A stretch of DNA of 56,951 bases, filler included, from Sluysia triapertura (GCA_046118255.1; 4 parts of 4 records of this genome joined end to end with filler, not necessarily neighbours in it); one strand, 5' to 3'. Shown: positions 37,482-50,559, counted from the whole stretch's first letter. The notes: generated by a model not told the origin, from the letters alone. Numbers and translations are program-made.

Positions 37482-38336
37482 ATTTATTGTTTTTAGGTTA
37501 GGACAAGTAATCGAATATCTTGCAATGGTCATTTGTTTTAATTCATTCCTTGAAACCATCATCCCATCTCCATTATTTAATAAATACTTTGGTATTTCAT
37601 TTTTGAGAACGTCTTCTAACATCCTTTCACCTTGATCATTAAAAATATCTATTAACTTTCCTTTACCACTACTATTTAGTAAGTTATAAAGTTCATTGCC
37701 TCGAATATTTTCATTTCTTCTTAACCATACAAAATCATCAGGTTCTTCATTTGAAATTTTATATGTTTCCAGTGAATCTGTGAATGAAATCATTGATGAC
37801 AATCTTTTTGTTTTATCAGCCACATAATTACTAAAATTATTAATGGTTACACTACCGAATCTGCGATACGTACTGTTTGAATCTTCATTTTCTAAACTGT
37901 TGGGATTAAGGTGCCTATTAGCCGATTTTGGTGATAAAGCCTCCATTAAATTACTACGATTAGAATTAAGAGAAACACGAGGTGAGACATTAAACACTGT
38001 TACAGAAGGAGAGAATATTCGGGAATTGATGATAATTGTTGAATTGTTCTGATTAAGTTCCGGTGATACTAATTTTTGAGAATTGTTACTATTATTACTA
38101 CAATTTATGTTTTCAATAAAACAACAACAAACGACTTTTAAAGAATAAAATCTATTCGTATTATTTCTAGAATTAGAATTTTGATTAATATTGGTGTTAT
38201 AGTAATTGTTTTGTTCAACAATATTAATAGATGGTGTTACAAATCCAACCGAATCAGAATACGAAGGTGGTGGACAAATTGGATCTTCCGATAAAGTAAT
38301 TGTTTCTAATTTAAAATCCTTTTCATTTTTCAACAT
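37482..38336 (-). CDS. First coding exon (285 aa) of an invertebrate TRPV channel, Inactive/OSM-9 type
   Basis: ELYNLLNSSGKGKLIDIFNDQGERMLEDVLKNEIPKYLLNNGDGMMVSRNE resembles the pre-ankyrin N-terminal segment of Inactive/OSM-9/Nanchung (LYKL....GG.L....N.GG.....I......YNDGKG..I.R.E); GTAAGT donor at 37481. Confidence 0.7.
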
Positions 38337-38363
38337 AATTACTAATAATATTCTAACTCAAAT

Positions 38364-38463
38364 NNNNNNNNNNNNNNNNNNNNNNNNNNNNNNNNNNNNN
38401 NNNNNNNTTAATTAATTAANNNNNNNNNNNNNNNNNNNNNNNNNNNNNNNNNNNNNNNNNNNN
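38364..38463. other. Artificial contig spacer
   Basis: N44-TTAATTAATTAA-N44. Confidence 0.98.
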
Positions 38464-39128
38464 ACGACCACTACATTAATGCGTTCAACCAGATTATAAG
38501 TAGATGTTTATCACAATTATCGTCCAGTGATTGGTACTACCGAATACTTAACTTAGTTAGAGTTAGTCACATTTTGATTCAATTAATTTGTTTATCTAAT
38601 TATTTTGTAGATAATCAAAGAATCTTTCGGATCTTGAAATGGTGGAAAGTCGAATATAACAGTTATAATGGTGTAATCACTTTTCTTTTTCAAGTTAATA
38701 TTCACATTTTTGTATTAAAAAGATCTTAATTTTAGTTTATTTTATTTGTGTTAAAACTAATTAATGCCATAAGAACTAACGATGCAGTAAAAAAGTAACC
38801 TTAAATATAGGTTCAAAACATATTGTTATTTTAGAAATTCTAGAAATTATTATGAAAATTACAAGAAAATTAAAAGCTTTATAACAATGAGATTAAATAA
38901 AGCTATAAAGATATTCTCTTATAGTATACTTAACTTTAGACTGAATAGTTTTCGGACAAATTCTGCATACACATTCGTAATCTTTAAGATACCGTTTAGT
39001 ATAATCCTCTTTAAAAAAATTAATAATCCAACTTATATCTTAAAGATAACTACCAAATTTACAAATTCAATTTCAAAACTTCTTCTAAAACATTATTCAT
39101 CTCAAACAAAACATATAACTTCCATAGT

Positions 39129-39185
39129 AATCACGACTGATATTGTTCTTTCCAATTTACTTTGAGTCGTGATTGGATAACCAAT
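39129..39185 (+). promoter_or_regulatory. Inverted repeat ending in GATTGGATAACCAAT (cassette promoter variant)
   Basis: 10-bp perfect stem AATCACGACT/AGTCGTGATT whose right arm runs into TTGGATAACCAAT (cf. TTGGATGACCAAT); preceded by a G-poor tract (~39000-39125) and followed by ATG near 39299. Confidence 0.55.
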
Positions 39186-39298
39186 AGCAGGACACAGAAA
39201 AATTAAAAACTAAAAATATAGATAGTAGTGAAAAAATTAAATTTTACAAGTGAATTCTGTGGAACTTTTTCAAAAAAAGGATTTTAAATTTTTAAATA

Positions 39299-40743
39299 AT
39301 GATAGATGCTAATTTTTCACAGACCTTCTCTATGTTTAATAAGTTACACCAAAGAAATTATTTTCATATCGTCATAATGATAACATTATTAACGTTATCA
39401 ATAGTGGATATTCTAATTCAACTGTTAGCGATTTGAGTATGATAATTAATTCCGAACCGACGTTACCAAATTCAACAATAAATGCTACTTTAGTAGATAT
39501 TGGAAAAAGTCAATTTATATTGCTTACACTTTCAATTATGTTAAATAATGAGCAACAACCTATCGATTTTAGTTTTCAGATTGACTACATTCAAGTAGGA
39601 CCATCTGTAAAGACAGATTTTTCGATGCAGGAACCGACAACAGTTCAGAATATATTTCGTCTTATAAGTATTATGTTACAAAATTCAAATTGTTTTCATG
39701 ATAAAGATGTGTACTTCGGCCATCCGTATTTATTAGTTACATCATATGAATTGATCCAATCTCTTAACTTAGCAAATTATTATGCTTATAATACCCATTA
39801 CTCATCTATCGTTTCTCTAACAACGTTGCAACGTGAAAAAGTCAAACAAGAAATAAGTCGTATTAACAAAGAACGATCATCATATAATGATCTTGTCTTC
39901 CTACAATCAATCGTATATAGTTATATGAATTTATCATTAGAGAGTATGTTAAGTTTAGAAATGGTTTATGTCACACTTTCAAGTTACGTATGTCAAAGTT
40001 GATAGTTATTTCCTTCTCAATGATCAACGATGTATCAATATAAGTAATGGCAATTTACTCAAGACGCAAAATATTCAACTTATAATTAGTAATTTAAAAG
40101 TTAATGTGGTAATGACCAGAAATGTTGAATCAAAACGATACTTTCCCTATAATGCTTTTATTTAAGATGTTTCAAGCATGAATTTAACAAGAGCCAAGTA
40201 TTTAATGTGTATAATGACTATGACAAAAGATACTGGAATCAATATGAAATCAATCAGTATCCTTATTTTAGTAAATTGCTACTGAGAAGCTTAATAAAGA
40301 ATGAACTGATCGACAGAGGATTTCTGGATTTTGTTAACAAAATCTGTGGCGAAATCGAATCAACTAATGTAAGCTTTAATTTCATATATGTGTTAATTTT
40401 TATTTTAGTTCATATGTTTCGTATCCGGATCAGTGAAGCCCAACAGTGTTCTCTGCAGCAAAAAGGGTCTGCAAAAGAAATAAAGGGAGAAAACAAAATC
40501 TTTAATACTAATATGAATAACGTTTATTCAAAATTCACGACATTAAATGTTTTATTAATAAAATTATGTATTATTAATTGTGAAACCTTTTCGTTCTTTG
40601 TAAATCAGAAATTAAATTTTTTACGTTTTATGGAAATTAATGACGATAAATCTTTTAATTTTGAAATTCAATTAGTCAAATCAATACCTAAAGACATGAA
40701 AGGCTATAAACTGTTGAAAAATCATAAAGCGAAAGAAACTTAG
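39299..40743 (+). pseudogene. Disrupted gene containing a beta-1,3-galactosyltransferase (GT31)-like segment
   Basis: INKERSSYNDLVFLQSIVYSYMNLSLES matches E...Y.DI......D.Y.NLT.K; YVKVDSYFL matches (Y/F)VMK.DDD.F; NQYPYFS matches YPPYCS. Multiple frameshifts; candidate 40-nt intron 40369-40408. Confidence 0.65.
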
Positions 40744-41613
40744 TATTCAAATATCAAAAGAAAAAAATTGACGAACTCCAAAATAATTTTATATATAATT
40801 CTTTTAAAGCGTAGTAGTAGAACGATCTTTAAGACGTTAAACTTTTTCTATGAGTTGATTCAAAACGAACGTATTGACACGTGTATTATTTTCTTATTTG
40901 AACAACAATATTCTAAACTTGTATTAAGGTATAAAACCGAAAACAACTATAAACATCCCAAAGACTTATACACCCCAAATTGGTGTAAGGAGTATTACTC
41001 CCCAAATTCATGTCGGGAGTATACCCCCATAATATGATTTTCAACTTGATTGAAAAATATTACTTCCTGTTTTTAGTAACATTAAATTTATAGTATTTTG
41101 GAATGTGACATTATCGTTACTTTAATGAATAATCATTGAGATTTTAAGCTGCACCAGATTTTTTTGTGACAAATATTAATAATTCTTGCACATTCTTAGT
41201 GTCTTTACATTTATTTCTGTGTGAAAATTCAGAATTTAGAACCTCTATGTTCAACTCTAACTTAATGGATAATAATACATATTCAAAAGTAACGCTAATC
41301 TCAATGTCGTATTTTAAATGTATCAATTTTACCCAACCACATTTCAATTTTTCGCCAGTGTGGTGACCAACCTTATCACTCAAAATTCCAATTCGTTACA
41401 TCACAGTAAAACCTGTCATTTAAAACTGTCAACAAATCAGGGCAATCGTGACCTCACAATAATTTCATTCTCAATTTAAATTGTACTTACACAATTAAAA
41501 TTTTAGTCTCAATTACTTTGGTCAAAAAATATTATTTTAACAAAACATTTTCCTCAATCAATCTAAAAAAGAGATTTAACAATCAATACTTAATTGATTA
41601 AAGGTTAACAATA

Positions 41614-42090
41614 ATGAATTATTATGATGAGAATATTTTCGAAAATACATTTTTTCAATCACCTATGTTAAACAAGAAAGAGAAGAACATCATTATGTAC
41701 CTCATGAAAATTCTTTTCGAAATATAATTTTGATTATTTAAGCCACGTACTTGTACGTATAAGTGCGGAAAAAACTTTAGACGATACTGTATCAAGTGAA
41801 TATAGTTATCAGCATTGTCCCAAAATTGCAGGAATTACAGAACTTCCCTATTATTTACATCATTACAAAACCGGACAATGTCTCCATGGTACTTCAGATA
41901 CTGGTGAGTGCCTTGTGTATGGTAAAGGCTGTATATATTCACATGGTTATACTGATTCTCAACATGCTTTCTATGATGACAAGATATTCAACGATCATTC
42001 GGAACGTATTACCAACTTAATATCTACATTAAAATTAAGATCGACTACAATAATAGTCAGGCATTTCAAAATGATCCATGTACTCGTATA
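41614..42090 (+). CDS. Unkempt-type CCCH zinc-finger protein fragment (spliceable; may be a pseudogene)
   Basis: ATG 41614, candidate 46-nt GT-AG intron 41697-41742, then open frame GITELPYYLHHYKTGQCLHGTSDTGECLVYGKGCIYSHG, closely like Unkempt GDTERRYHLRYYKTGICIHETDSKGNCTKNGLHCAFAHG. Missed by the ORF track. Confidence 0.75.
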
Positions 42091-45000
42091 ATTGAGAATG
42101 CTGTATTCAACATAAATGATCAAAGTTTTTTTTATTAAGGTAAATCATTATACTATACAACTTTTATTATATTATTATGATCATATTTTTATTTTTTAAG
42201 AATTCTATTAAGTTTACGGACCATAGCATTTTTGAAAATAAATGAAAATTTATTATTACGCAGATCTTGTGTCCATAAACGAATTTTTATAAAAATTTTG
42301 ATAACTTCATTTAATAAATGTCTTAAATGCTATTTTAATATTTTCTTAGATGTATACATAATTAAAAGAATTAACAAAGTGAAGAACATGTTTCAAAAAT
42401 ATTAAATTATTTTTAATAACATCAGAATAAAACCACCAAAGCCAGATCACCTAACGTTGATTATAACATATCAACTTTTTAATACACATATTAACAATAT
42501 CAATAAGTTCATTTTGGACCATATATCTTAAACCAAATTAGCTACACAAATGCTATATTGCACTTAGACACACATCATAAAATGACATATAACGAAGTCC
42601 ACGACGTTTCGCATGTAAGCGAAGGAAATGATTAGTTAGAAGATATTTCTTAAAGTTAAGTATTGCTTTTATTACTCATTGAATTCTTTACAAAGCAACT
42701 TGTTGTTCAATGTTACTGGATTATCGTTTATATAGACTAGATAAACTATGAGCATTCATACTCAATTTTGTCAACTTATTTTGTATTCTGGTTATTATTA
42801 AAATAGTAACATTTATTTGTTCAAAAATTCAAGTTAACAGATTTAGCAGAATTGCTAAGCATATTTAATTTTCTTAATAGTTGTTTGCCTGACGAATCTA
42901 TCAATGATATATCATCTGCATGGGCCAAATGTTATTAGTGATTTAATTTTGTCTTGGTGTAAAATTATCATTATTATTCATAATGTTGTAATAAAAATTT
43001 TAATGACTTGATTTATCGTTATAAATAGTCTTCCTCACAAACGAATTGATTGCGATTGTATATAATCTAATTTATTTTAAAAGCGTCTTTAAAACGAGTC
43101 AAGAATTTCACATTTCAAATTTATTGAATTTCTGTTGTCAAAAAGTGTCAATATAGTGACTCTCTTTATCGAATATATAAGTTGAGAGCAGTAGAAATTT
43201 TTGATAAACATAATAAATAAGCACAGGGTACGGTGCTAGATGCTGCAATACCCCATACCTTGTTTGCACTAAATTTGAAAGTGCCACATAATGGTAAGTT
43301 ACATTTTTTCTGTTATATCTCGTTTAAAATTGAAATATCACAAATTTATTTTATACTATTTTATTTTTTATAAGTTTGTTCATTCTGAAGTCATACATAT
43401 AAATAGAAAAATCAGTGGGGTAATTGAAAATGTTAATAGCACCAATATTTTAAATCTTATGAAAGATAATCGAAATACGTATTTGAGTCACTTAAATTTG
43501 AAGAAACTAATAAAAACTAATAATTTATACACTTTCGAGTGTCAATACACACATTTATTGATTTTTTATAATAAGCACCATTCTAAAAATGAAATGACTG
43601 TTTCTAATAGCGATATCAAATTACGACATTCGATGAACTTTTTTGCATTCACAAAATTTGAAATAATATCGTACTTCAGAATCTGATTAACTTATATATT
43701 AAAAGCTCTCACCTCTGTTTGCAGAAACTATCATCTAACCATACGATGACACTGACACTCGTTATGAACGTTCTCGCACTTTACCTTATAACAACCATAT
43801 TTTATCAACTCCTAATATACTTGCTACAGTATCCTAATATTCTAATATAGTAACAAAAGCAATATTTTTGTTTCGTCTTTTAATTTAAATTAATAACAAT
43901 AACTCAATAATAAAATTATTTAATTTGAAATCTCAATATAAGTGCAATAAACACAAGATCAAATACAAATTATTACAATGAGTTTTTCTTTAACAATAAT
44001 ACAAATCATTTTAATACTTAGTAAGTCCTTACTACTACCTAATTTATTTCAATCTAACCTTAAATTTAAAACCTCTAATAAAATAATAGGATTCTTTTTT
44101 ACTCTTATGTTTTCGTCTAATCCGTAACCTTATCCATTTGTTGATTAAGTGTAGTGCTTATTTTAAAATTACTGATGTGTAGCTTTATTTTATTTTAGAA
44201 TTATTAAGTTATTTTGAAGATTACATTTTGTTAATTTTGCAAGTTTTTCCTGAGAGTTCGCCTATAGCCTGCGATTTAAGTTGACAAATCAACAACGTAT
44301 TTATAGGTTTTGAATCTTTCCACGAGTTACTGGTTTTTTCAGTCGACTATTAATGTGTTTTGCAATGACTCTAGTTATTACTTTATTGTAACTTTTTTTT
44401 ATTCTACGAATAATAAATTATTTCTCACTTTCTTTAACAATTTTTCAAGCGTTATCTTCCGCTTTAAAAATTATGCTTATTAACTTCAGTCACTGTTTTT
44501 TCTCTTGTTTCAATACTTCCGATTTATGTTACTTTAATTACTCTCTTTGTCAAATTCAGAAATTACTAAACACCAGGAAAATGTATTCACAATAGTTGTA
44601 ATCTAACACAAGAAAAACACAAAAATCTATGCATACATAATAATAGCAATAAACCAATTTATTACAAGAGAATATTAAACTCTTATTGCCTTTACGTTAT
44701 TTTTAATTAGATTTTATCACTAGCTTAAGCTAGCGTGAAATAACTACAAATTTTAAATATTGTTTTGTTTAATATTTGTTTAATATTTAATATTTAATAA
44801 ATGGATTTACAAAATTAATAAACAATAAGTTGATGATCAAAGTTTTCTCGATCAGACGAATTCCAAAAGAATATTTTAATGGATGAACACAAAATCTACG
44901 AATAATTTTTTTATTTCTTCAAAACTGATAAACACTAAGTTTGTGATTAAAGTTTCTCGATTAAACGAATATGCATGAAATTTTCGATTCTTCGAGGCAG

Positions 45001-48000
45001 CAAACTAAAAATCTTAATATTTCTTTGTAATAACAATTGTGTTATTCAGTTCTTATGAGTCTTATTTATACTTGTTTTAGGCATTAACATTTAATTATTT
45101 AATTCAAAAAAATTGTAATTTTATCTAAACATTTAATTACTGCTGTTTTTTCCAGAAATATAATCAAAATTTTCGTAGCGTATGTTTCGGTTTTTTATTA
45201 TTTTAATTGCAATTAAAAATTGTTTATTTAAAAATTATTATAGTAATATCGCGTGTAATTGTGATCCCTCATTGTCAAACTCTTTTCTTTTACAATTTAA
45301 TATAAAATTATTATTACAATGTGAATAAAATGTATAATTTAAATTATTACAAAATGAAACTGAAAACCTTCGTAGTATAAAACTAGTAGAAAATACTCTA
45401 TACATTAAAACAAGAATTTTCCCTATATACATTAGATATTTAGTCATATTGTTTTGTCATAGATATTTAGTTTAACTTGGATATTTGGTAACATTATACA
45501 TTGAACAAGCTAGAATCTACTGGATATTAATTCATTAGTAAGTACCTAAGTTAACCTTAATTAAAAATGTTTAAGCGTTACATGTTGTCCCTGTTGCATT
45601 TATATGGCATTATAAAATAAACTTTAACTTGCTAAGAGTTTCATTTACTTTTAAATTTAGAGACTTACATAAACTTTGCACTTCTGCTTATACCATCAAA
45701 GATGAATTCAGAACTAATATTCACATTTAAAGACTGGCAATCATTTTTTCAATTAATAGACTATAAAATAAAGGTTACCTAATATATCTTTTGGAGCTAA
45801 CCGTTTGTGATTTTACAATAAATCGAATAAAATATTACAACCTTATAAATTTGTCTAGAATGAATAATTTTTAATAATGTTATACCAGGAACCAAAGCGT
45901 AATTGTAATATCTAAAATAAAGTAATAAATGAAATTATTTTTGCTAGTATTTTCTTACTCTTGCAGTATATGTTTTATAAAATGTCAAGAAATAGTCTTG
46001 AATATGACGCTTTTGTCTCATATTCATATTTTCTTGTGTGAATAATTAAAGCCCTTCAATACAGTAGTCAATGGGTTTTGTTAAAACAGTAACGTTATAC
46101 TTGACAATTAATTTTTGCCTTAATGTTTTTACAGTTGCACTTGCATTTGCATTGACAGTATCCTTTAAAAATTGCACATATTATATTGTTAGACCTTTTT
46201 TTGTCTACCTTCCTTCAAATAAACTTTAATTACAGTTAAACTGTAGTCAATTTAATATTTATAATGGCACATACCCACTTAATATAAATCAATTATTCTT
46301 TGACGAATTTCATTTCAAAGCATGTAAGGGTTGCGTTTAGTTTATTATTCAATAATTTATTTACAAAAATTCAAAATGTGGGTTCAAAATGGATTTCACG
46401 TTCCTCCGCAGTGGTGAATCTTTGACCACAAAGCTAATTCAGTGTGGTCATCATCATACGAATAATAAATTTTTCATGAAAATTAATGTTTTTAAATATT
46501 GAATGAATTTGAAATGCATTTCACAATTGCATGAATCGTTTTTAAATGTTACAATATAAAACATTTATTATCCGAATTGTAAATAAAGAAATAATTATTA
46601 ATTATTTTGAAACCAAATTATACTAGCTTGCATTACTCCATCTCACATAATGAAAATAATTTCAAAATATTGATTAATAAAACTATTGAAAACTACCATA
46701 ATCTTTAATTAAATGATGCTGGGATAATTTACAATTTCAAGCTCATAGAAATGTCAATTTCTAACAATTTAATTCATCTTATCAATGTATCTTATTCATC
46801 AAACATACTTTCTGATTAAATTAGCACGATCAAATATAATGTAAGACAATATAGTTTTAAAAGATTTGAATAAAGTATTTTCAAGAAAATTGTAAATACT
46901 AATATGTTTGGCAGCGCCTTTCTCATTTGACGTCATTTAATTATATGGAGCTCCTTTATATCTTGAGACTACAAATAATAAAAAATGAAATGCGTATTTT
47001 CCTTTAAACTAAATTTACTTTAATAACTCCATAAATTCTTCAAAAAGTTCAACTGTGAGAAAAAGAAAAAAAATGATAAATGGCTTTGAATATTATTTCT
47101 TCTATTTTTTAAAATAGAATATTTAGCAAGAAACCAAACACATTCTATTAATTCATGTTTAATACCATTTTTATTATTTACATGTGCCTCTAAATGATTT
47201 ATCTTTAAATGACTTGCAAAATAATTGTCAATTTTTAAGTAGTAAACGGACGAATCACTCCACATTATTATATAAATGTTGCGTGCGCTCTAATATTAGA
47301 ATTAATGTTTCAATATTCAAACATTTTATTAATACTATTCCAAAAACTCAGACTTTTAATTCCATTACAATAATTATTTCTAGAATTCAACGAAATTGGG
47401 TAAGTATACATTATTAAGCCTTTCTTGTCACTTTTAATTCGCCTAGAAAAATACTTTGCGTTTTTCGACATCAGAGTGGCGATTAAAATTAAAACATAAT
47501 AATAAACAATAATTAAATACAAAATAATTAAACACAAATAAAGCAGAACGAAATAATCATAAATTTATCTAATTACTCAGCAAATTTATTTTATTGCCAT
47601 TGAATACAACTTGAATTATAGTACCTTTGCCATGCCATTACTATTAATAGGATGATAAAATCTTCATAATTATTCTTGCATTTTATGTAACTTGTAAAAT
47701 CAAATAAACAAACTTTAATTTTTCATTAAATTATCTTTGAATGTTTCCATTATCTTTGATTAAAGTTAGTATTTAACCATAATTAGAACTTGATGATATT
47801 TATTTTTTCACATGACTCACGTTCCTAAATATTTGTACTCAAATTTAATTTCCTTTTCACTAAAACATTTCACTTCTAATTAATCTTTATCAAATTTTAC
47901 CATTCATTTTTTAATGTATATTGCCATAATTCATTTGATAATAAAGTAATCCTTACCGTCTAAATCTTAGTTCACATTAAAGGTAACTTCATTTTGAATC

Positions 48001-48820
48001 GTACTTTTTTTACAAAAATCATTTAATTTATGTTACCTTACATCATTTTAATTTTTAAATTAATTAACAAGTAAATATTTAACTATTCTTAACCTTTTAA
48101 GTTTAAAAACTTCTTGAACATAATAACAATTTAAAGATATGCAAGTACTCATATATATACTCAGTTATTTTATTATTGTAATCATTATTATTACTGTTTA
48201 CTTCATTATTATTTTACCATTAAACATGAGTACGTAAGCATGACCATAAAAAGCGTGGTATTCCAAGTGCACCTATATTTTGTAATTCTCAAAACGTGCA
48301 CTATCCCTCATCTATTTTTATGAATCATATTATATTAATATCTGAACTGTGAATAAATTTACAAAACAGATACAATCTCGTTTTGGTACTTTTTATCGGC
48401 TTTATACATGTTAATCGCAGTAAGGGATTAAACAAAACCGTTGCAATATTTTATTCTTTAATTCCATATAACATCGACTTTTAATAGTCAAATATACTTA
48501 AATAATCAATGTCTTCTGATTTTATTATAGTTAAATCCTCTTTCGGCCTAGAATCCTAATTACTAAGACTGAACACTTTTGCAAGGATTGCAACTGTGAG
48601 TAGTTTTACTAATAGTATCATGTAACTGTCAAATAATTCAATACACAAGAAAAATATAAAGATATGGTGCATAAACCAGTAAAAATACCAACATTATAAA
48701 ACGAATATTATAATTCAAATTTAAATTTATTCATATTGTAGCATTTAAACCATTATAAATTTTATTGAATCTCAGGCATATAGTTTAATGTTAAAATCAG
48801 AATAAATTTGAAAAAACTAC

Positions 48821-49089
48821 TTAATATAAAACAATATATAAAACAAACAGATTTTTATGCTGTAATCCAAGAACATCGCAATATTCATCTAAAGTTATAG
48901 TACCACTATTATCTTTATCAAATATTTTCATCCACTTCTAATAACAATTTTAAGTCAACTTACAAATTGTACTTCGATAAAATTAGGTTTATAATTATTT
49001 TCTTCCATATATTTTCTTAATTCATCACAAGTTATTTCTCCAGAAGAATCTTTATCAATTTTGAAAAACGCTTCAACAAAATAATCCAT
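48821..49089 (-). CDS. Two-EF-hand calcium-binding protein (resembles the N-domain of flatworm tegument allergen-like proteins)
   Basis: Exon 49089-48973 MDYFVEAFFKIDKDSSGEITCDELRKYMEENNYKPNFIE, 35-nt GT-AG intron 48972-48938, exon KWMKIFDKDNSGTITLDEYCDVLGL...; two canonical EF loops. The 3' end may splice further. Missed by the ORF track. Confidence 0.9.
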
Positions 49090-49471
49090 ATTTTTGTTTT
49101 AAGTATATCTAACTATGATACCAATAAAAATAAACTTACTTAGTTTAGTAAATAATTTTTACACATCTGATATTTCTTTAATGTAATGAATTTTTCAAAT
49201 ATAATGTTTAAATAAAACGCAGCAAATAAGTTTAACGTTTTTATTAATCAGCACATATATATATGTGTGATTTGCTGCACTTTATTTAAACAATATATAA
49301 GAAAAATTCATGATATAAATAGATTAAATATTGATTATTAAAATGTTAAACCGAATTTTTTCGTCTTATTAAAAAATATATTTGACATGTTCATAATTCT
49401 TAAAAGTTATTTACTAAACTATGTTTGTTTTTACTGCATTATAATTAAATATACTTGCAACAAAAGTATGG
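49086..49471. repeat. Long imperfect palindrome covering the EF-hand gene promoter and ATG
   Basis: CCATATTTTTGTTTTAAGTATAT...TAGTTTAGTAAATAA is inverted to TTATTTACTAAACTA...ATATACTTGCAACAAAAGTATGG; inner arms TGTTTAAATAAAACGCAGCAAAT / ATTTGCTGCACTTTATTTAAACA. Confidence 0.85.
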
Positions 49472-50559
49472 CTTATAACGTTTATTGATTTCAAGAAAAT
49501 AGTACATTATACACCACTTAATGATATGCAAATATTTAATTTAATATGGTGAATTACATTTTATGTGATGATTGAATTAAATATAAATAGAGAAGGAATG
49601 GGCCTGAAGTGCAACCAACCTGTAAAAATTACACAATAAAATATGGTAAATATTTAAAAAGCTGTTATCAATCAACTTTCAACGCAAGAGCATCTTGAAA
49701 TATGTAATCCATAATACATTCATAAAATTATTCATTATTACTTTAAGTTATTTGATTTCCAGCAAGATATTTGTTGAAATGCTTTTGATATGCCTTTTCT
49801 TTGTTGATATTACATATATTTGTGATTTATTACAGTAAATGCATATCTGCGCATTGGTGGGTTTAGCTAAAGATAAGGAGGAATATAAGAATTAAAACTC
49901 GTGGAACAACAATGAAATAAACAGCACTGAAGAAAAGATAAAGTATTATGATGAATTGTGATAACAAAATCAGTGTATACAATATTTGAATCAAAATGAC
50001 AAAATGAAAGATACGAATAAATAACTCTTTATAAGGTTTTATTTGTTAAATATTAAAGTACGTTTGGTAATTAATTTAAGTAAAATTTGCTTAATTTGAT
50101 AACTTAATGAAAAATGTTTGCAGATGATAAAATAAGATTAAAATTAGTGTATAATGATGAGTTTTATCAGTAACGTACAAATTATTTATTTTAATTAGTT
50201 TGTAAAATTTAAAATTAAAGTTAAATGTGTTCCGATATTTAAGTATAAGTAAAGTATGTATTAAATTGATGTTCATTACGATACTAATTCAAATATGTTA
50301 TTGAACTCGACATGCAACGTACGGTTGACGCACAACATATTATACAAGAAATTTATATGAAAAATAAATTTAATATTTCATAAATTCTGCTTTTAATTTA
50401 AGTCAATAAATTGCGTTAATGATAGAAAATTCATATAATTGTGTGTCTTTGAAATTATTAGTAATAATAAATAAATATCAGTTTAATTTACTTAAATTGA
50501 ATCTCAATAATTTCAATACTCACAAATTATCACAACTTTTTTTATTTTAAAAATGATAT

